Shown here: one piece after another, positions 49,863 to 62,527 of the stretch
Layout of the letters: each line of letters begins with the position of its first letter
How positions within the stretch are numbered: position 1 is the first letter of the stretch
NCBI RefSeq assembly: GCF_030684315.1
Contig: NC_081354.1
Span: 16,300,226-16,364,225 of the forward strand
DNA length: 64,000 nt
DNA from: Stegostoma tigrinum
Lineage: Eukaryota
Direction: 5' to 3'
Notes under the pieces: generated by a model
What the model was told of the DNA's origin: nothing
Databases searched by the model: none
Seen by the model: only the letters and a program-made list of their open reading frames with translations
Position numbers and translations under genes: made by a program

Positions 49863-51869
49863 GGTTAAAAGATCATCTGTATACTGGAAAATAACTTTTT
49901 TTTTACCTCAGTTTGTGCCACACCTCACTGTTAACATGCCCTCACCATGGCATGCGACCTTCTGTGGCCCAGAAAAAGTTCCAAATTCAGGGCTGCGGGA
50001 TTCCAGAGATATGACCTGGTGCAAATTACGAGCAAATTCATGCAAAGAAGTGAATGCCCGTGCTGAGTCAAAAAGTAATCAAGTTCATTACTGTAAGCTA
50101 AGTACATTATAGTCTGCAAAATAATGAGGGCAAAATAGAGGATTAGGGTTGCAGGAAATTTGGAGAGGTTTGCAGGAATGATATCTGTTAGAATTAGAGT
50201 GGGAGCTGATTGAACTGTCTCGAAGCAGACTGCAGTCGGTTTGTGGTAAAAAGAAAATTGTCAAAGGCTCCTTGCTACATCCTGACTGATTCTTTAATCG
50301 ATGTGCGGATCATATTATGGTGAAGGTTCAAGGCTGGATCTGGTTAGGTCTAATGAGGCAGGGTACTGAATGCCAGTACATATCCCTGAAAATTCTTAAA
50401 TGGCTCATTTTAGAATAGAAAATAAGAAGTAAAGTCAGCAGCTGGATGAAAAGAGATTCAAAGGAAAATGGCAGAGATACTGACCATTGCTTTTCAAGAG
50501 CTGTTGGAACCATGAATTGGGTCAAATGACTGGGGGCGAATGAATAACACTGTTCAATAAAGGGGAAGCATGCTGAGGGCCAGAAAAAAAGTGCTTTGGC
50601 AGTCCAAACAGGAGAGTTGAGCAATTTTAACTTGTTGCCTCCATGCTACTGGTTTGCTGCTTGTTCAAAATAGCGGAGGGGAGGGAATGGGAAACCAGCA
50701 ACATAGAAAGGCTTAGTCACCAGCTGCAAGCTAAGTGGTGCAAAAAGAGAGTTTAAGGAGGAACGATAGTGAAGGAGAGGATTAAACTTTTCTTGTGCAA
50801 TCCAATAGAACTCTCCTGCTCCTCTTGACACCGCAAGCAAGGTTTTGAAATGTTTTAAAAATCTCAGACTCTCCTGCTCCGAATCGTCTCCCTAATGCCT
50901 TCATTTACCGGGAAATCCATTACAACTTTCCCGTTCAGATGGAAACTGTAGCTGCACCTTTGGACCCTGATCAGAAGATTTGAAGAAGCTCTTCACTAGC
51001 TTAAAGCGATTACTCGCTGAACCTGCTCAGAAGATGAAGCTAAAACGGAAGATGAAATATGCCAGAAATCACTTGGCGACATCTACAGAAAGAAAAGGAA
51101 AGGTTAATGGGCTTGATTTTCAATTCAGAGTCTGGAACCTGTCACCCCGATCATTTTCTTGTCTGGACCCCCCCACATTACATCTTCAAATACATTGGGA
51201 CCAGATGTGAGCTTAGCATCCAATTAGTAGCGTCTAATGCTGCCAGGAGAGGTGAGCTGCCCATACAATACAGTAGTCAAAGGCTGAAGCGGCCATGACA
51301 GGTCCTGCAGTTGCATTGTAGAAGGAGGGATGAGGGCATCAGAGGACTACTAGCTTCATCCCTCATGGAAATAGACAAATGGATGACTTAAAAGGTACTG
51401 CCCCCAATCTCTCTCAGTCAGCTCGAGTGGCAAAAAATATGTTCAGAAAATATTTATCTCATTGTTCACGCACATTGAACCTGACAACTCTGTACGAACA
51501 TGGTACAGACTGTCCTGGTTTATTGATTCACAGATTAAAACTCATCTTCTGGCCCTCCCTGATCTATTCAAAAGCTCCTCAAGGGCTTAAAGGAAAGGTA
51601 ATAAGAGGCAAGCCAGTTCCCAGGTCCCAGCACCATCCCTTTGAAAATAGCACGTTCCAGAGACACAGGGCACGGACATGTCACCTGGGGGCTCTATTTT
51701 CAAAGCTCATCCACTCTAGTTCTCACACCCCACCCCCCCACCTCCCCACCCAGCCCCTGTCAGTGATTGTAAACCCCAACCATAAGCTTTGCTTCCAGCC
51801 TCCTGCGGGGGAATTGCCTGATTTGCTGGGCATTTTCTGTCTTTATTTCAGAATGCCGCCATCGAAAAC

Positions 51870-52250
51870 CAGAGTCATACAGCTTGAAACAAAGCCTCTC
51901 AGTCCAACTCCTCCTTGCCAACCAAGTTTCTAGAACTAAACTAGTCCCACTTGCCTGTGTTTGGCCCATATCCCTCTAAACCTTTCCTATTCATCTACCT
52001 ATCCAAACGTCTTTTCAACTTTGTAACTTTACCAGCACACACCACTACCTTTCGCAGTTCGTTTCACACATGAACCACACTCTGTGTGTAAAAGTTGCCT
52101 CTCTGTTCACTGTTAAATCTTCCTCTCACCGTTAAAATACGCCCCGTGGTTTTGAACTCTCCCACTCCGGGGAAAAGACCTTTGCTGTTCGCCTCATCTA
52201 TGCTCCTCATGATTTTATAAACCTCTATAAGGTCACCCCTGAACATCCTA
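51870..52250 (-). mobile_element. CR1 3' fragment
   Basis: RGDLIEVYKIMRSID...RGNFYTQSVVHV. Confidence 0.85.
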
Positions 52251-55138
52251 AAGGACCTCAAGACACCTACATCACCCGCATTTTTAGTTGGCAGTCAAGT
52301 AGCATTATTTACATAACTATCTTCTTTAACCGTTCCACTTGTTGCTACGTTAGACTTGAATTTTGATTCAGTGTGGCTGGTTTGTTATGGGAAAGGATTG
52401 AACTAAACTGTAGCCAAGTATACAGATGGTTAAGTCTTTTGCCTTTGCTGCCTTGCCTTCTATCCCAGTTCTCCCTGTCTGACCCTACGTCTGATCACTG
52501 CCCACTTGCTGGAAATCAGTCGGCGTTTCTGTTACAGTGTAGGATTCTGTCCCACTTTTACAAAGGAGTTTTTTACAATATACCCAACAAAGTGAAAGCT
52601 TTGGACACTAAAGGGCAAAGTGCATTTACTGCCATAAACTGAAGACTGAAGTGCAGTTACTAGCACTTCCCTACATTGTAAGAGATTACATGTCAAAAGT
52701 AATTCATTGGGTGTGAAGCACTTTGAGAGACCCAGCTAAGTCACCATGTTAAAGTAATTCCTTTTTTTCTGAAGATTCTCACAGCAATATGGCAGCAAGT
52801 TCTGAAAAGTGACTGAAAGTAGAACATGATTTTCTTAATAGATGAATTGATGCCTATGTCTCAAGACTGGAGTTGTTTAATAGGCAACATGTGATTATAG
52901 TCTAATCAAGGTTGGAATCTGAACAATGGGTTATTTCAGAATTTTGACATTCTTCATTTTAAACATCAACTCCTACAATTGCTATTTAACACATTACTGT
53001 AGAGTCACATTATTTTCTTTACCTATTGAATGTGTGCAGAATATCAGATCATTCCTTCATTTTATATAATCTGTCATTTTGCTTTACACATTGAGTGTGC
53101 GACTTGTCTTATTGTAAAACTATACAGATGTGGTATATTTAAACATAGCTTGTGTTGGAGATGTCAGCCAATTGGCTCCTAAGGGCTACGTTATTTCTTT
53201 AATATGGAACTCATAAATTTAAGAGTGGAATATGATGTTTTGCAACGTAAAATGGGTTTTTTGTAAAACCAATCTTAGAAATGACCAACAAGAAACTAAG
53301 GTTTCTTTTCAGTTTGGCAGTCGAACCATATTGTAATTTCAATATTCTTTGGCCTGTTCTCAGTCCCTGAGCAACAGAGGAATGCAGCTGGATTATTTTG
53401 ATAGCTTTTTTTTTCCTTAAGATGCCAAATACATCCAAAGTTGGGTAGGTTACAGTCTACATTTTGGACAAAATGAACTCACCTCTTAATGTTGCAGAAG
53501 TATGCGTGGCCTCAGTTAAACCCTTAGTTTGACATGAATCAATAATGTAAAATTTGAGCTAATAACACAGTACAAACACTACAGACAATTAACAATAAGT
53601 TCTGCAGGCCCAATCCTAAGTATTATTATGAAAAGCCAGGTAAAGTTCCAAGGTCTGTAGTCACATAATCAGAAAGTCTGGAAACAAGGTCGTCAAATAG
53701 TTTGTGCCACTGAGTGTTGCTTGTGAACCGTGATTATATGAGTGGGTTGGTGCGATTAAATACTAGGACTAGACAGTTTGACTGTATTTTTATGTTTTTC
53801 ATTACCTATTTGGCTGGTCTTCATTGCACGTTTGTCAGAATTAGTTTAAAACCATTATCATAATAATCTTGAGGTGTGGCGGTAATGGATAACAAAGAAA
53901 TCCTATTTCACAAATTTAAAAGTCAACATTTCGATTTGCAATATCTTTCATTTTAATTTTGTAATACTTTATTGCTGTCTCCAAAGCTTTTGCTTTGCAA
54001 ACATCAGGACAAAGGCAAGAATGCCAAATTCAAGTGAACAGAACAATTTACACAAGAGAAAAGGGTGCTGATTGGTTGCAAATTCTCATTGGTGAAGATG
54101 TTGCCATAGAGAAGGCACAGAAGCTCTCTCTACCGGTGTTCCTCCTCCACCAAAGCCTCTGTATCACCTTGAAGTAACTTGGAGGACATGCATTCCCATG
54201 GTACAGTTCTACCCAGTTAGATTCACTTCCTGCATGACCTCCAGTAACATTTCTCTTTAAGAGGTGCAAGCTAGCTTTAAGCAATGCAGACTAGTTTTTT
54301 TTTCAATGCTAGGAGTTTATAATTTTGGGCTCCCTGTAGATTCCAGCACTGAATTGTAATCAACACTGTTTGTAGCCTGAGGATGAAATGATGCCCACAT
54401 TTAAAACAATGACCAAATGTACCACACCCATTTTTGGGCCTTTTAGTAACACATTCTACAAGCAGAAAATGGAAATTTCAGGTACACTTCTTTTTCAAGG
54501 CTTCATTACATTATCATAAGGTTTCAGAAGCAACAGATTACGCTTGAATTATTTACCAAATCTGTGCCCAAAGAATGTACACAGATACAAAAAGCTTGAA
54601 TTTCAAAGCGTCACCAAGCAAAAATCCACAGGAGAGACTTTAAAGCTATTTATCATTTCATAATTGTTGGAGTATTAACAAGACGGCAATTGACAATAAT
54701 AAATAAAACATTTCCAAAATGTCAGGTGACTGTGGACTTTCAGATAACACTCAAAAATATAAATATATCAAACTAAGTGGATGAGCTAAGGAATGGAAGG
54801 TAAATGTTAATGCAGAGGCACACATAGTGATGTTTTGCAAATGGATTTACACTGAAAGGTATAAAGGGAAAAGATTGGATTGTAATTCTTGAAACTATTA
54901 ATTTAAGATATAGCATTACAACTAATCACCTGGTAGCCGCATCTTGAACGTATTTAAGCATAAATTGTAGAATCATAGGAAGTACAGGACGAGAAGAGAC
55001 TATATGAAACTAAGATATCACAAGTGCCCGCTCCCTCAAATATCAACCTAAACGTCTTGGTTTTGTTTTCAAACAGTCTATGCTTTACCTTCCAGCAAGC
55101 TCGAGAGTAGGCTTGATATGTTACCAGAAATTTTACCA

Positions 55139-55998
55139 GGCTAGGTGAGTGGACGGATGCATGGCAGATGCAGTTTAATGTGGATAGATGTGTGGTTATC
55201 GACTTCGGTGGCAAGAACAGGAAGGCAGATTACTATCTCAATGGAGTCAAGTTAGGTAAAGGGGAAGTTCAACGAGATCTGGGTGGTCTTGTACATCAGT
55301 CAATGAAAGCAAGCATGCAGGTACAGCAGGCAGTGAAGAAAGTTAATGGCATGCTGGTCTTCATAACAACAGGAATTGAGCATAGGAGCAGAGTGGTCCT
55401 TCTGCAGCTGTACAGGGCCCTGGTGAGACCGCACCTGGAGTATTGTGCGCAGTTTTGGTCTCCAAATTTGAGGAAGGAAGTTCTGGCTATTGAGGGAGTG
55501 CAGCGTAGGTTCACGAGGTCAATTCCCGGAATGGCAGGACTATCATATTGATGAAAGATTGGAGCGACTGGGCTTGTATACACTTGAGTTTAGGAGGATG
55601 AGAGGGGACCTGATTGAGGCGTATAAGATTATGAAGGGATTGGACACTCTGGAGGCAGGAAGCATGTTTCTGCTGATGGGTGAGTCCAGAACCAGAGGAC
55701 ACAGTTTAAAAATAAGAGGTAGGCCATTTAGAACAGAGTTGAGGAGAAACTTCTTCACCCAGAGAGTGGTGGATATATGGAATGCTCTTTCCCAGAAGGC
55801 AGTGGAGGCCAAGTCTCTGGATACTTTCAAGAAAGAGATGGATAGAGCTCTTAAAGATAGTGGAATCAAGGGTTATGGGGATAAGGCAGGAACAGGATTC
55901 TGATTGTGGATGATCAACCATGATCATAATGAATGGTGGTGCTGGCTCAAAGGGCCGAATGGCCTACTCCTGCACCTACTGTCTATTTTCTATTGTCT
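55139..55998 (+). mobile_element. Young CR1 3' fragment
   Basis: ORFs 55168-55551 and 55490-55903 (one frameshift): WQMQFNVDRC, LYRALVRPHLEYCAQFWSP, RTRGHSLKI; (ctattgt)-type tail. Confidence 0.96.
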
Positions 55999-56374
55999 AA
56001 ATCAGCTAAATCCTTGTCAGGTTCCGCAAAGCCACTGGAAGCATAAAGACAGGATTGGTGCATTGCCCTGATACCACCATCTCAGCCAATTCTATGGCAC
56101 CTACCCCACCATATTATCCTCCCAACCTATTCCTGGGGCACAGGGGAGCGGCAGAAAATCCTGCCCCTCGTGTTTTCAGAGAAGTTTGAAGAACCGGACG
56201 CTACATCTTTTTCTTGTTCCCAACATGATGCTTCTTCATTCACACTGAACCAGAACAAGGAAAGAATTTGCGTATAGTTTATAACTTGCATGACTTGAGG
56301 ACTTTCCAAAGTGCTCCTCTGCGAATATACCTTTTCAGAATGAAATAGGAATTTTAAAATCTCGTCACCAAAAA

Positions 56375-56530
56375 AAATGCATTTATGCAGCAGTTTTCAT
56401 GACCGCTGAGCATTACAAAGCACTTCCTGCCAATTAAATATGTTATTTGTGTAATGTTTCAGTTAGGAAATGCAGCAGCCAATTTGCATCTAACATAGTC
56501 TCAGAAACAGCAATATGATAATGCTTTGTT
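56375..56530 (-). mobile_element. Deu-domain SINE 3' fragment
   Basis: aggaaatgcagcagccaatttgca..aaacagcaatatgataatg. Confidence 0.6.
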
Positions 56531-56535
56531 TGAAG

Positions 56536-56650
56536 GAACCCTGTGATGTAGTGTTAGTGGCCCTACTTATAAGCCACAAGACTAAGGTTCAAGTCCCATC
56601 TGCTCCAGAGGTGTGTTATAATATCTTGGAGCAGGTTGATTAGAAGATAG
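56536..56650 (+). mobile_element. Short tRNA-derived SINE
   Basis: ggttcaagtcccatctgctccagaggtgtg..gcaggttgattagaa. Confidence 0.65.
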
Positions 56651-56651
56651 A

Positions 56652-56925
56652 GTGGTTCACTGGTTAGCACTGCTGCCTCACAGCATCAGGTTTGATTCCC
56701 AAAGTTGGGTGACAATTGGTGTGGAGTTTGCATGTTCTCTCCAAGTCTATACACATTTCCACTGAGTGCTCTGGTTTCCTCCACAGTCCAGGGATGTGCA
56801 GGGTAGGTGGATTAGCCATGGTAAATGTATAGTTATGGGAATATAGTTGGGGGCTGGGTCTAGTTGGGATTAGTGCAAACCTGATGGATCGAATGGTCTG
56901 TATCTGCACTGTGGAGATTCCATGA
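56652..56925 (+). mobile_element. HE1-type V-SINE
   Basis: tggttagcactgctgcctcacagc, gtggagtttgcatgttctc, ggtttcctccacagtcc. Confidence 0.85.
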
Positions 56926-57224
56926 TACATTTAAAAACAAAAGTATGGATGAACTGCTTGTGGTGACCTATGGACCTAGGTGACTACATTTACCTGATCA
57001 ACCACCTGTACCTAAACAGCAGAAACCTCAGCTTTTTCAGGAGGGTGTTTCTGTGTAATAAGGTGATCTTCCTTTGGGCTAGCTCATCTGCCAAAATATC
57101 TAATTTTCCAAGTGGCCTACATCCCTCCTTCTTAACCACTGGGACAACTTTATACATTATCAGTGCTAGGTAAAAACAAACTGTAATATTGCTGTAGTTA
57201 TTTCTTTCTGCCTGCTACCACTAG

Positions 57225-57460
57225 GGGCAGGAGTGGGCAATTCAGCCCCTCGAGGCTACTCTGCCATTCAGTACGATCGTTGCTGATCTCATCCTGGCCT
57301 CAAATCCACCCTCCTGTCCGCTGTCCAAAATTGCTCAACTCGTCACTAATTTAAAATCTATCTGCTCCCTAAATTTGCTCAATGCCCCAGCTTCCGCCAC
57401 ACTCCGGGGTGGTGAATTCTACAGATTCATGACCCAATGGGAGAAGTAACTCCCACACAG
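57225..57460 (-). mobile_element. Old CR1 3' end
   Basis: ggcaggagtgggcaattcagcccctcgag; gaattctacagattcatgacc. Confidence 0.65.
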
Positions 57461-57939
57461 ACTAATTCTCCTTTTATCACACGCCATTACCCCTTTAAAA
57501 ATCACTGCCTGCATCATGTTTTGTGCCAGGTGCTCTGGAAGTGAAACACCACAACAGCGGATCCCCTGGCAGCTGTATTTAAAAGTGGCAGCAACAGTAA
57601 GAGGCAAGCTCCTCCAGGACTACCATTCATGTGCAGTGGTCCCTCGTAATTAAAAGAGGACAGCCTAGTTGTCCAATTTAGTGTGACCTGTTCTACCAGC
57701 TGTCTGCCTATGCCAGTACAGCCCCATTTCTGGCATTCTTGTGAAACCAGGCTTGGAGATAATTTCCTTGAAATTTAGTCCTTTGCATTGTTGAATAAAA
57801 CTTATTCTTAGCCTGCCAGTGATGTTACCTCGTGAACGTTTAACGCAATAGCACAGTGCTTCCCAAACCTTTCCCCACTGTTACTGACTCTCAAGGCTTG
57901 TTCCCTCCTCAGGGTGGGGGTGGGGTGCACGGGAAAGAT

Positions 57940-58200
57940 TAAGGGGGCCTGTGAGACAAGATAAGGGTCCATGAGTGTGAATAGAGGCCTAGGTGGTCTG
58001 TGTGCGCAGGTAGAGGTCTGTAAGAGAACGTAGGGACCCATGTGTGTGAATAGGAGTCTGTGAGAGAGAAAAGAAGGCCCATGAGTGGGTGTAGGGAGCT
58101 CTTAAGCGTGATAGGAGCCCTTGAGAGAGTATAGAGGACCCATGATAGTGGATAGGAGTTCATTAGTACAGATTGGGCCTAGCGAGTACAGGGGCCTGTT
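57940..58200. repeat. Degenerate minisatellite, about 20-bp unit, roughly 12 copies
   Basis: Consensus about GGGGCCCATGAGTGTGAATA (agggtccatgagtgtgaata, gggacccatgtgtgtgaata, aggcccatgagtgggtgta, ggacccatgatagtggata). Confidence 0.75.
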
Positions 58201-59285
58201 TGAGCAAGTGAACAGTTCAGTTGGAGCATGGTAACAGCCATTCCTGGCTCATAGCTCAGGATTACAAGAAACAGCTCACCCCACTTGAGCTCCCAAACCC
58301 ATTTTGGCCAACGCTGCAATAATGATAAGACTCCCAACTTGACTCTTTGAAGAAAGGAGCTACGATTATCCAAAGAGGCTTACAGTTCACAAATTGTGGT
58401 TTTCATTTGGGACTTTACAATAGTTTTAATTGAGGTTCAAGTTGCAAAGGTACACCACATTCCAGTGGACTCAAAGTTCTGCGGGGGGGTATAATTTGGA
58501 ATTCTGGGTAGTCTCAGCAGACATGTGTCGGTGTTTCCTTGCAGAGCTGATGTTAACGTGTATCCAGATGCTACATTGATTCTGCAAACATTCACATTCC
58601 AAACAGTGACGTCTGGACTCAAATCCAAACAGGTGTGAGCTGTTTCCACATCAGTCTAGACTGGTGCAATCATTTATTTTTTTGATAGTCACACATAAGG
58701 GAGAAGCGGTGGCTGGTTTGCAATGGAAGGAAACTCCTGCAGGTCTTTCAGGAAAGAGAGAGAGAGAGAGAAAACAAAAAGTGTTCTAACAAGAAACACA
58801 TTGCAGTTCCAAAACCTTTGAACATGATTTCGAAAAAAGATCCACGTGTAGGAAAATTGGGACCTTGCTCATCTTCCTGGGGAAAATGGATAGCTGAAAG
58901 CCCCTGAAAGGACACGAGGAACAGGAATGGGCTTTTTGGACTTTGAGCCTCAGTTCCATTTCTCTGGCATAACCTTTGACCCTCTTGTGGACCAGAAATT
59001 TAATCTATAACCTTCCACTCAGGTAAAGACCAGATCTGCCCTCAATGGATTCAGAGATTGTTTTAAAAAGATTGATTCACACAATGTGTGCGTCACTGAC
59101 AGCGCCCAGGACAGGGTGGTGTAAGGGTCACATGGTACACTGTTATCTCAGGGTCCAGTAACCAGACCTCAGGAGTCCAGGCCAGGACCAGAGCATGGTC
59201 CTTGTGGCTTCTGTCCACGGCTCTGGTTTCTGGTCAGGCCAGTATTTATTTGCCGGCCCTAACTGCCCTTTGAGCAGGTGGTGTT

Positions 59286-59465
59286 TGTTGTGTTTGTGGT
59301 TTACCAGAACCAGAAATAGAAGATAAGGTAAATGGAGGGTAAACCAGAGGAGCAAACACTTTATGCGCATCCTGTTAGCTTCACAGTCGCTCTTAGACTG
59401 CCCCTCCAGGTCATCTGACCCACTCTCTTAAAGGGGCAACACAACACAACGACAAACATAATACA
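59286..59465 (-). repeat. 3' LTR (about 180 bp) of the Gypsy element; polypurine tract at 59466-59482
   Basis: Minus strand AAATAAAGGGGAAAGAA is immediately followed by TGTATTATG... and ends ...CACAAACACAACA. Confidence 0.75.
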
Positions 59466-61130
59466 TTCTTTCCCCTTTATTTCAATACTCCCCTTGTTAA
59501 TATATATACATCCAGCAATTATAGCTATTATACAACCATTGTAGCCAACATACATACATACATTGCCAGGAATGTACACTGAAAAGAAAAACGAAAAAAA
59601 ATGTTTTTGTGGTCTACATTTGACACAATCAGTCTCTCAGGGGGATGGTGATTCCTAGAAAAAGATTTCCTTGTCTCAGGAACCCTTTCTAGTATAGTCT
59701 CCCAGGCTTCCGGAAGCTCCTGTTTTTCCACAGAAACGTCCCTCTCTGATTGGCTATTGTTTCCCTGTGACATTGTTGTTCCCTCCCTGCTTATGGCCCA
59801 CCTAGCTCGAAGACACAAGGCTCAGTTGACATCTGTGGTCGCACCTGGACCAGCTCGGTATTCTCAGGGACCTCCTCCCATTGGTGAGGTGCAGCGACCA
59901 GCAGAAATATTCACAGCAGTGAGGTTCCCGCCTTTCTGACATTCCATCCTTCTTGACTTCTTTTTAACACCTCCCTGGTCTCATCTCACTGCAGAAAGTC
60001 AAACATGATTCTCAGCTGGTGGTTGAACATTAAGGATGCTGTTGAACACTGGGACATTGTGTGTGGTGTGTTCCTGAACATACTGAGGAACATGTCCGAG
60101 TGATCCCTCCCCTTGCAAGGCTTTTAAGGCCTATTTCAAGGTTTGTACAAATCTCTGTGCCTGGCTGTTTGTCACAGGGTGATAACGAGGCTGATCTCAC
60201 ATGCCTGACTCCGTGATTATCCAGGTACTCTTCAGACTCTTGTGCCACAAACTGTGGATCATTGTCACTCACAGCGTGTTCAGGGTTCCCGAACCTGGCA
60301 AATATTTCATCCAGTTGGTCTGTCGTTGATCCCACTGATACCAGATTCATGACCGCCACCTCAGGCCACTTAGAGTGGGCACCCATGAACAGTAGCAACA
60401 TTCATCCGTCTGCTGGTCTTGTAAAACTGAATGAATCTGCTGCCATGGTGATTGAGGTCATTCCCATGAGTGAAGGGGTAATAACGGCAGTGCCTTACTT
60501 GCTAATGTGCAGACTTCGCATGATCCTGCCTTCTCCTCCATCTGGAAGTCCACATTCAGTACCAAAAGTAGCTCCTGGCTATCTCCTTCATTAAGACCAC
60601 TCTGGGGTGCCCTCCATGCACTTGTTCTAGCACCTTTCAACCCTCATGGGGTTGGAATAACAAAGTGCATTCTCTACATTAAGTTAATACGGCCAACTCC
60701 CACCTCCTGAACGGGGAGGGCACAATTCTGGGCAGGTTCTATGACAGATCCTCCCTCACGAACAAGGCCACCACTAGGCTCAAGACCGAGTCATCCTGTG
60801 TAGCACTCCACACATGATTTGCCAACACTGGTACCTTGTCTTCCTGGAAAAATAATGTTTAGGTTCCGGTCAAGAACATCCTTACTTCCTGGTAACATTG
60901 ACAAAGCATCTGAATTGCTATGCTCTCTGACAGTTGGTATTTGATTTTATTCAGGCAGGCCGACAGAGGCAGTGCCCATCTCTGCAGGCATGCTGCCACC
61001 ATTGATGGCATTTCTGTATACAGGCCAAAAATGAAGGTCTGTCAGCAGCACAAAGTACCTGCCGTAAAGGAAATGGCTGAACTTGTTAACACCAAAAACG
61101 ATGCTCAATCCTTCCTTTTCCACTTGGGCA
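59286..61130 (-). mobile_element. 5'-truncated degenerate Ty3/Gypsy LTR retrotransposon (RNaseH end, integrase, PPT, 3' LTR)
   Basis: AQVEKEGLSIVFGVNKFSHFLYGRYFVLLTD (RNaseH); SCEVC..PLHSWE (zinc finger); AHSKWPEV..IFARFGNPE..VSDNDPQF (integrase core); PPERL end of pol. Confidence 0.93.
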
Positions 61131-61430
61131 CTCTGGTCTGTGGTAAGGCCAGCATTTATTTCCAAGCCCTGACTGCTCTTTGAGCAGCTGGTGTTGAACT
61201 GCCTTCTCGAATGCCTTGCTAGGCCATTTCAGAAAGCTGTCAGGGGTCAGCCACATGTAGGCCAGACCAGGTACATTTGGCACATCTCCTTCTCTAAATG
61301 AAGTTAGTGAATTGTTTGAATTCGGTAGTTTCACGGTGACCCATACAGGTGTTATCATTTTCCTTCGGCTATTTTATTAACGCAATTGAATTTAAAATTC
61401 TGAAGTGGCATGGTAGGAGTTGAGGTCCTG
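61131..61430 (-). mobile_element. tRNA-derived SINE with a LINE-B tail (target of the Gypsy insertion)
   Basis: ggccagcatttatt.., cacatgtaggccagaccaggta; same family as 8900-9245. Confidence 0.7.
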
Positions 61431-61814
61431 AGACGAATCTATCGAGGCATTCCAGTGCAACAGGTTCATGAAGTGGCTGCCTCAGAATTGAATGGGGGTG
61501 TTAAATTGACACATTCAATCCTTTGAGCATCTGTCTTCTCATTATATTAGGTGACAGTCAGTCATATGGAATAGATAGTAATACAGAACGGCCAATAACC
61601 TATGCATTGGAGCTGCAAACTGTTAGTGTGGTGGCCTTTAATGAGGTGCATTCTTCTCCATATCTGTATTTCACCTTTCCTTTGGAGATTTTTCAGTGAC
61701 ATTATTCTGTAGGTAGCCTTTTTTCCCCCCGAGCAGTAATCCATACAGAGCTTCAATAGCAGAGAAAACAAGTGTTGTCAGGCACTGCCAGTGCCAGTTA
61801 GCTCTCCAAATGAC

Positions 61815-62310
61815 ACAGAAGCAAAAGTGAGCCATTATCGAACCTGCTGATGCCATTCAATGATATCACGCCAGATATGATAATCAACTTTCCCATCTTT
61901 TCTATGTGACCCTTGATTCCTGTGCAGATTAAAAATCTGTCTGCCTCTGCCTTAAATATACTTAATGACCCAACCTCAACAACCCTCTGTGGTAAAGAAT
62001 TCATTGCCCTCAGAGAGAATAAATTCCTCTTCATCGTCATTTTAGATGTGTGACCCCTTCTTCTGACTTTATGCGCTCTGATCCTAGACTCTTCCACAAG
62101 GGGGAACAACTTTTCAACATCTACTCTGTCAAATCCCCTAAGAATTGGATATGTTTCTCCTCTCATTCTTGCAATTACAATGAGTACAGGCCCAACTTAC
62201 TCAAACTCTGCTCATAATACAATCCCTCCACACCTGATGTCAGCAGAGTGAACTTCTCGAGACTGCCTCCGATGCCAGAATACCTTTCCTTAGTTTCCTC
62301 TGGGGAATGG
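61815..62310 (-). mobile_element. Old CR1 3' fragment
   Basis: LSKLGLYSL, RGFDRVDVEKLFPLVEESRIRAH, MKRNLFS. Confidence 0.85.
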
Positions 62311-62527
62311 AGCGACAAATGCAGACAACTAATGCAATTAACCATGCAAGAATTGTTTTGTGGAGGTAAGCTGCATTGAAATCTCTGGACAAATGTAAAA
62401 CGCAATAGACATTGACCAGTTTCAACAAGGGCCTGCTTAAACCAGGGCCCATAATTTCCTCTAAGTCCTTAGGCAGAGACGAAGTTGATATTCCAAGGAA
62501 ATTCAGGACCTAAGCAATATTATAAGG

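Noticed and set aside
50980-51210. Basic helical-looking ORF (LKKLFTSLKRLL...)
   Set aside because: Non-ATG start, weak splice signals and no recognised homology
51379-51933. 184-aa ORF
   Set aside because: No domain recognised; it runs through a C-rich tract and repeat remnants
53965-54120. Additional hammerhead-like repeat on the minus strand (ctgatgtttgcaaagcaaaagc)
   Set aside because: Core positions are mutated and family identity is too uncertain to call
57940-58200. Regularly spaced repeats as a CRISPR-like array
   Set aside because: Contiguous degenerate units with no unique spacers and no cas genes, in a eukaryotic context
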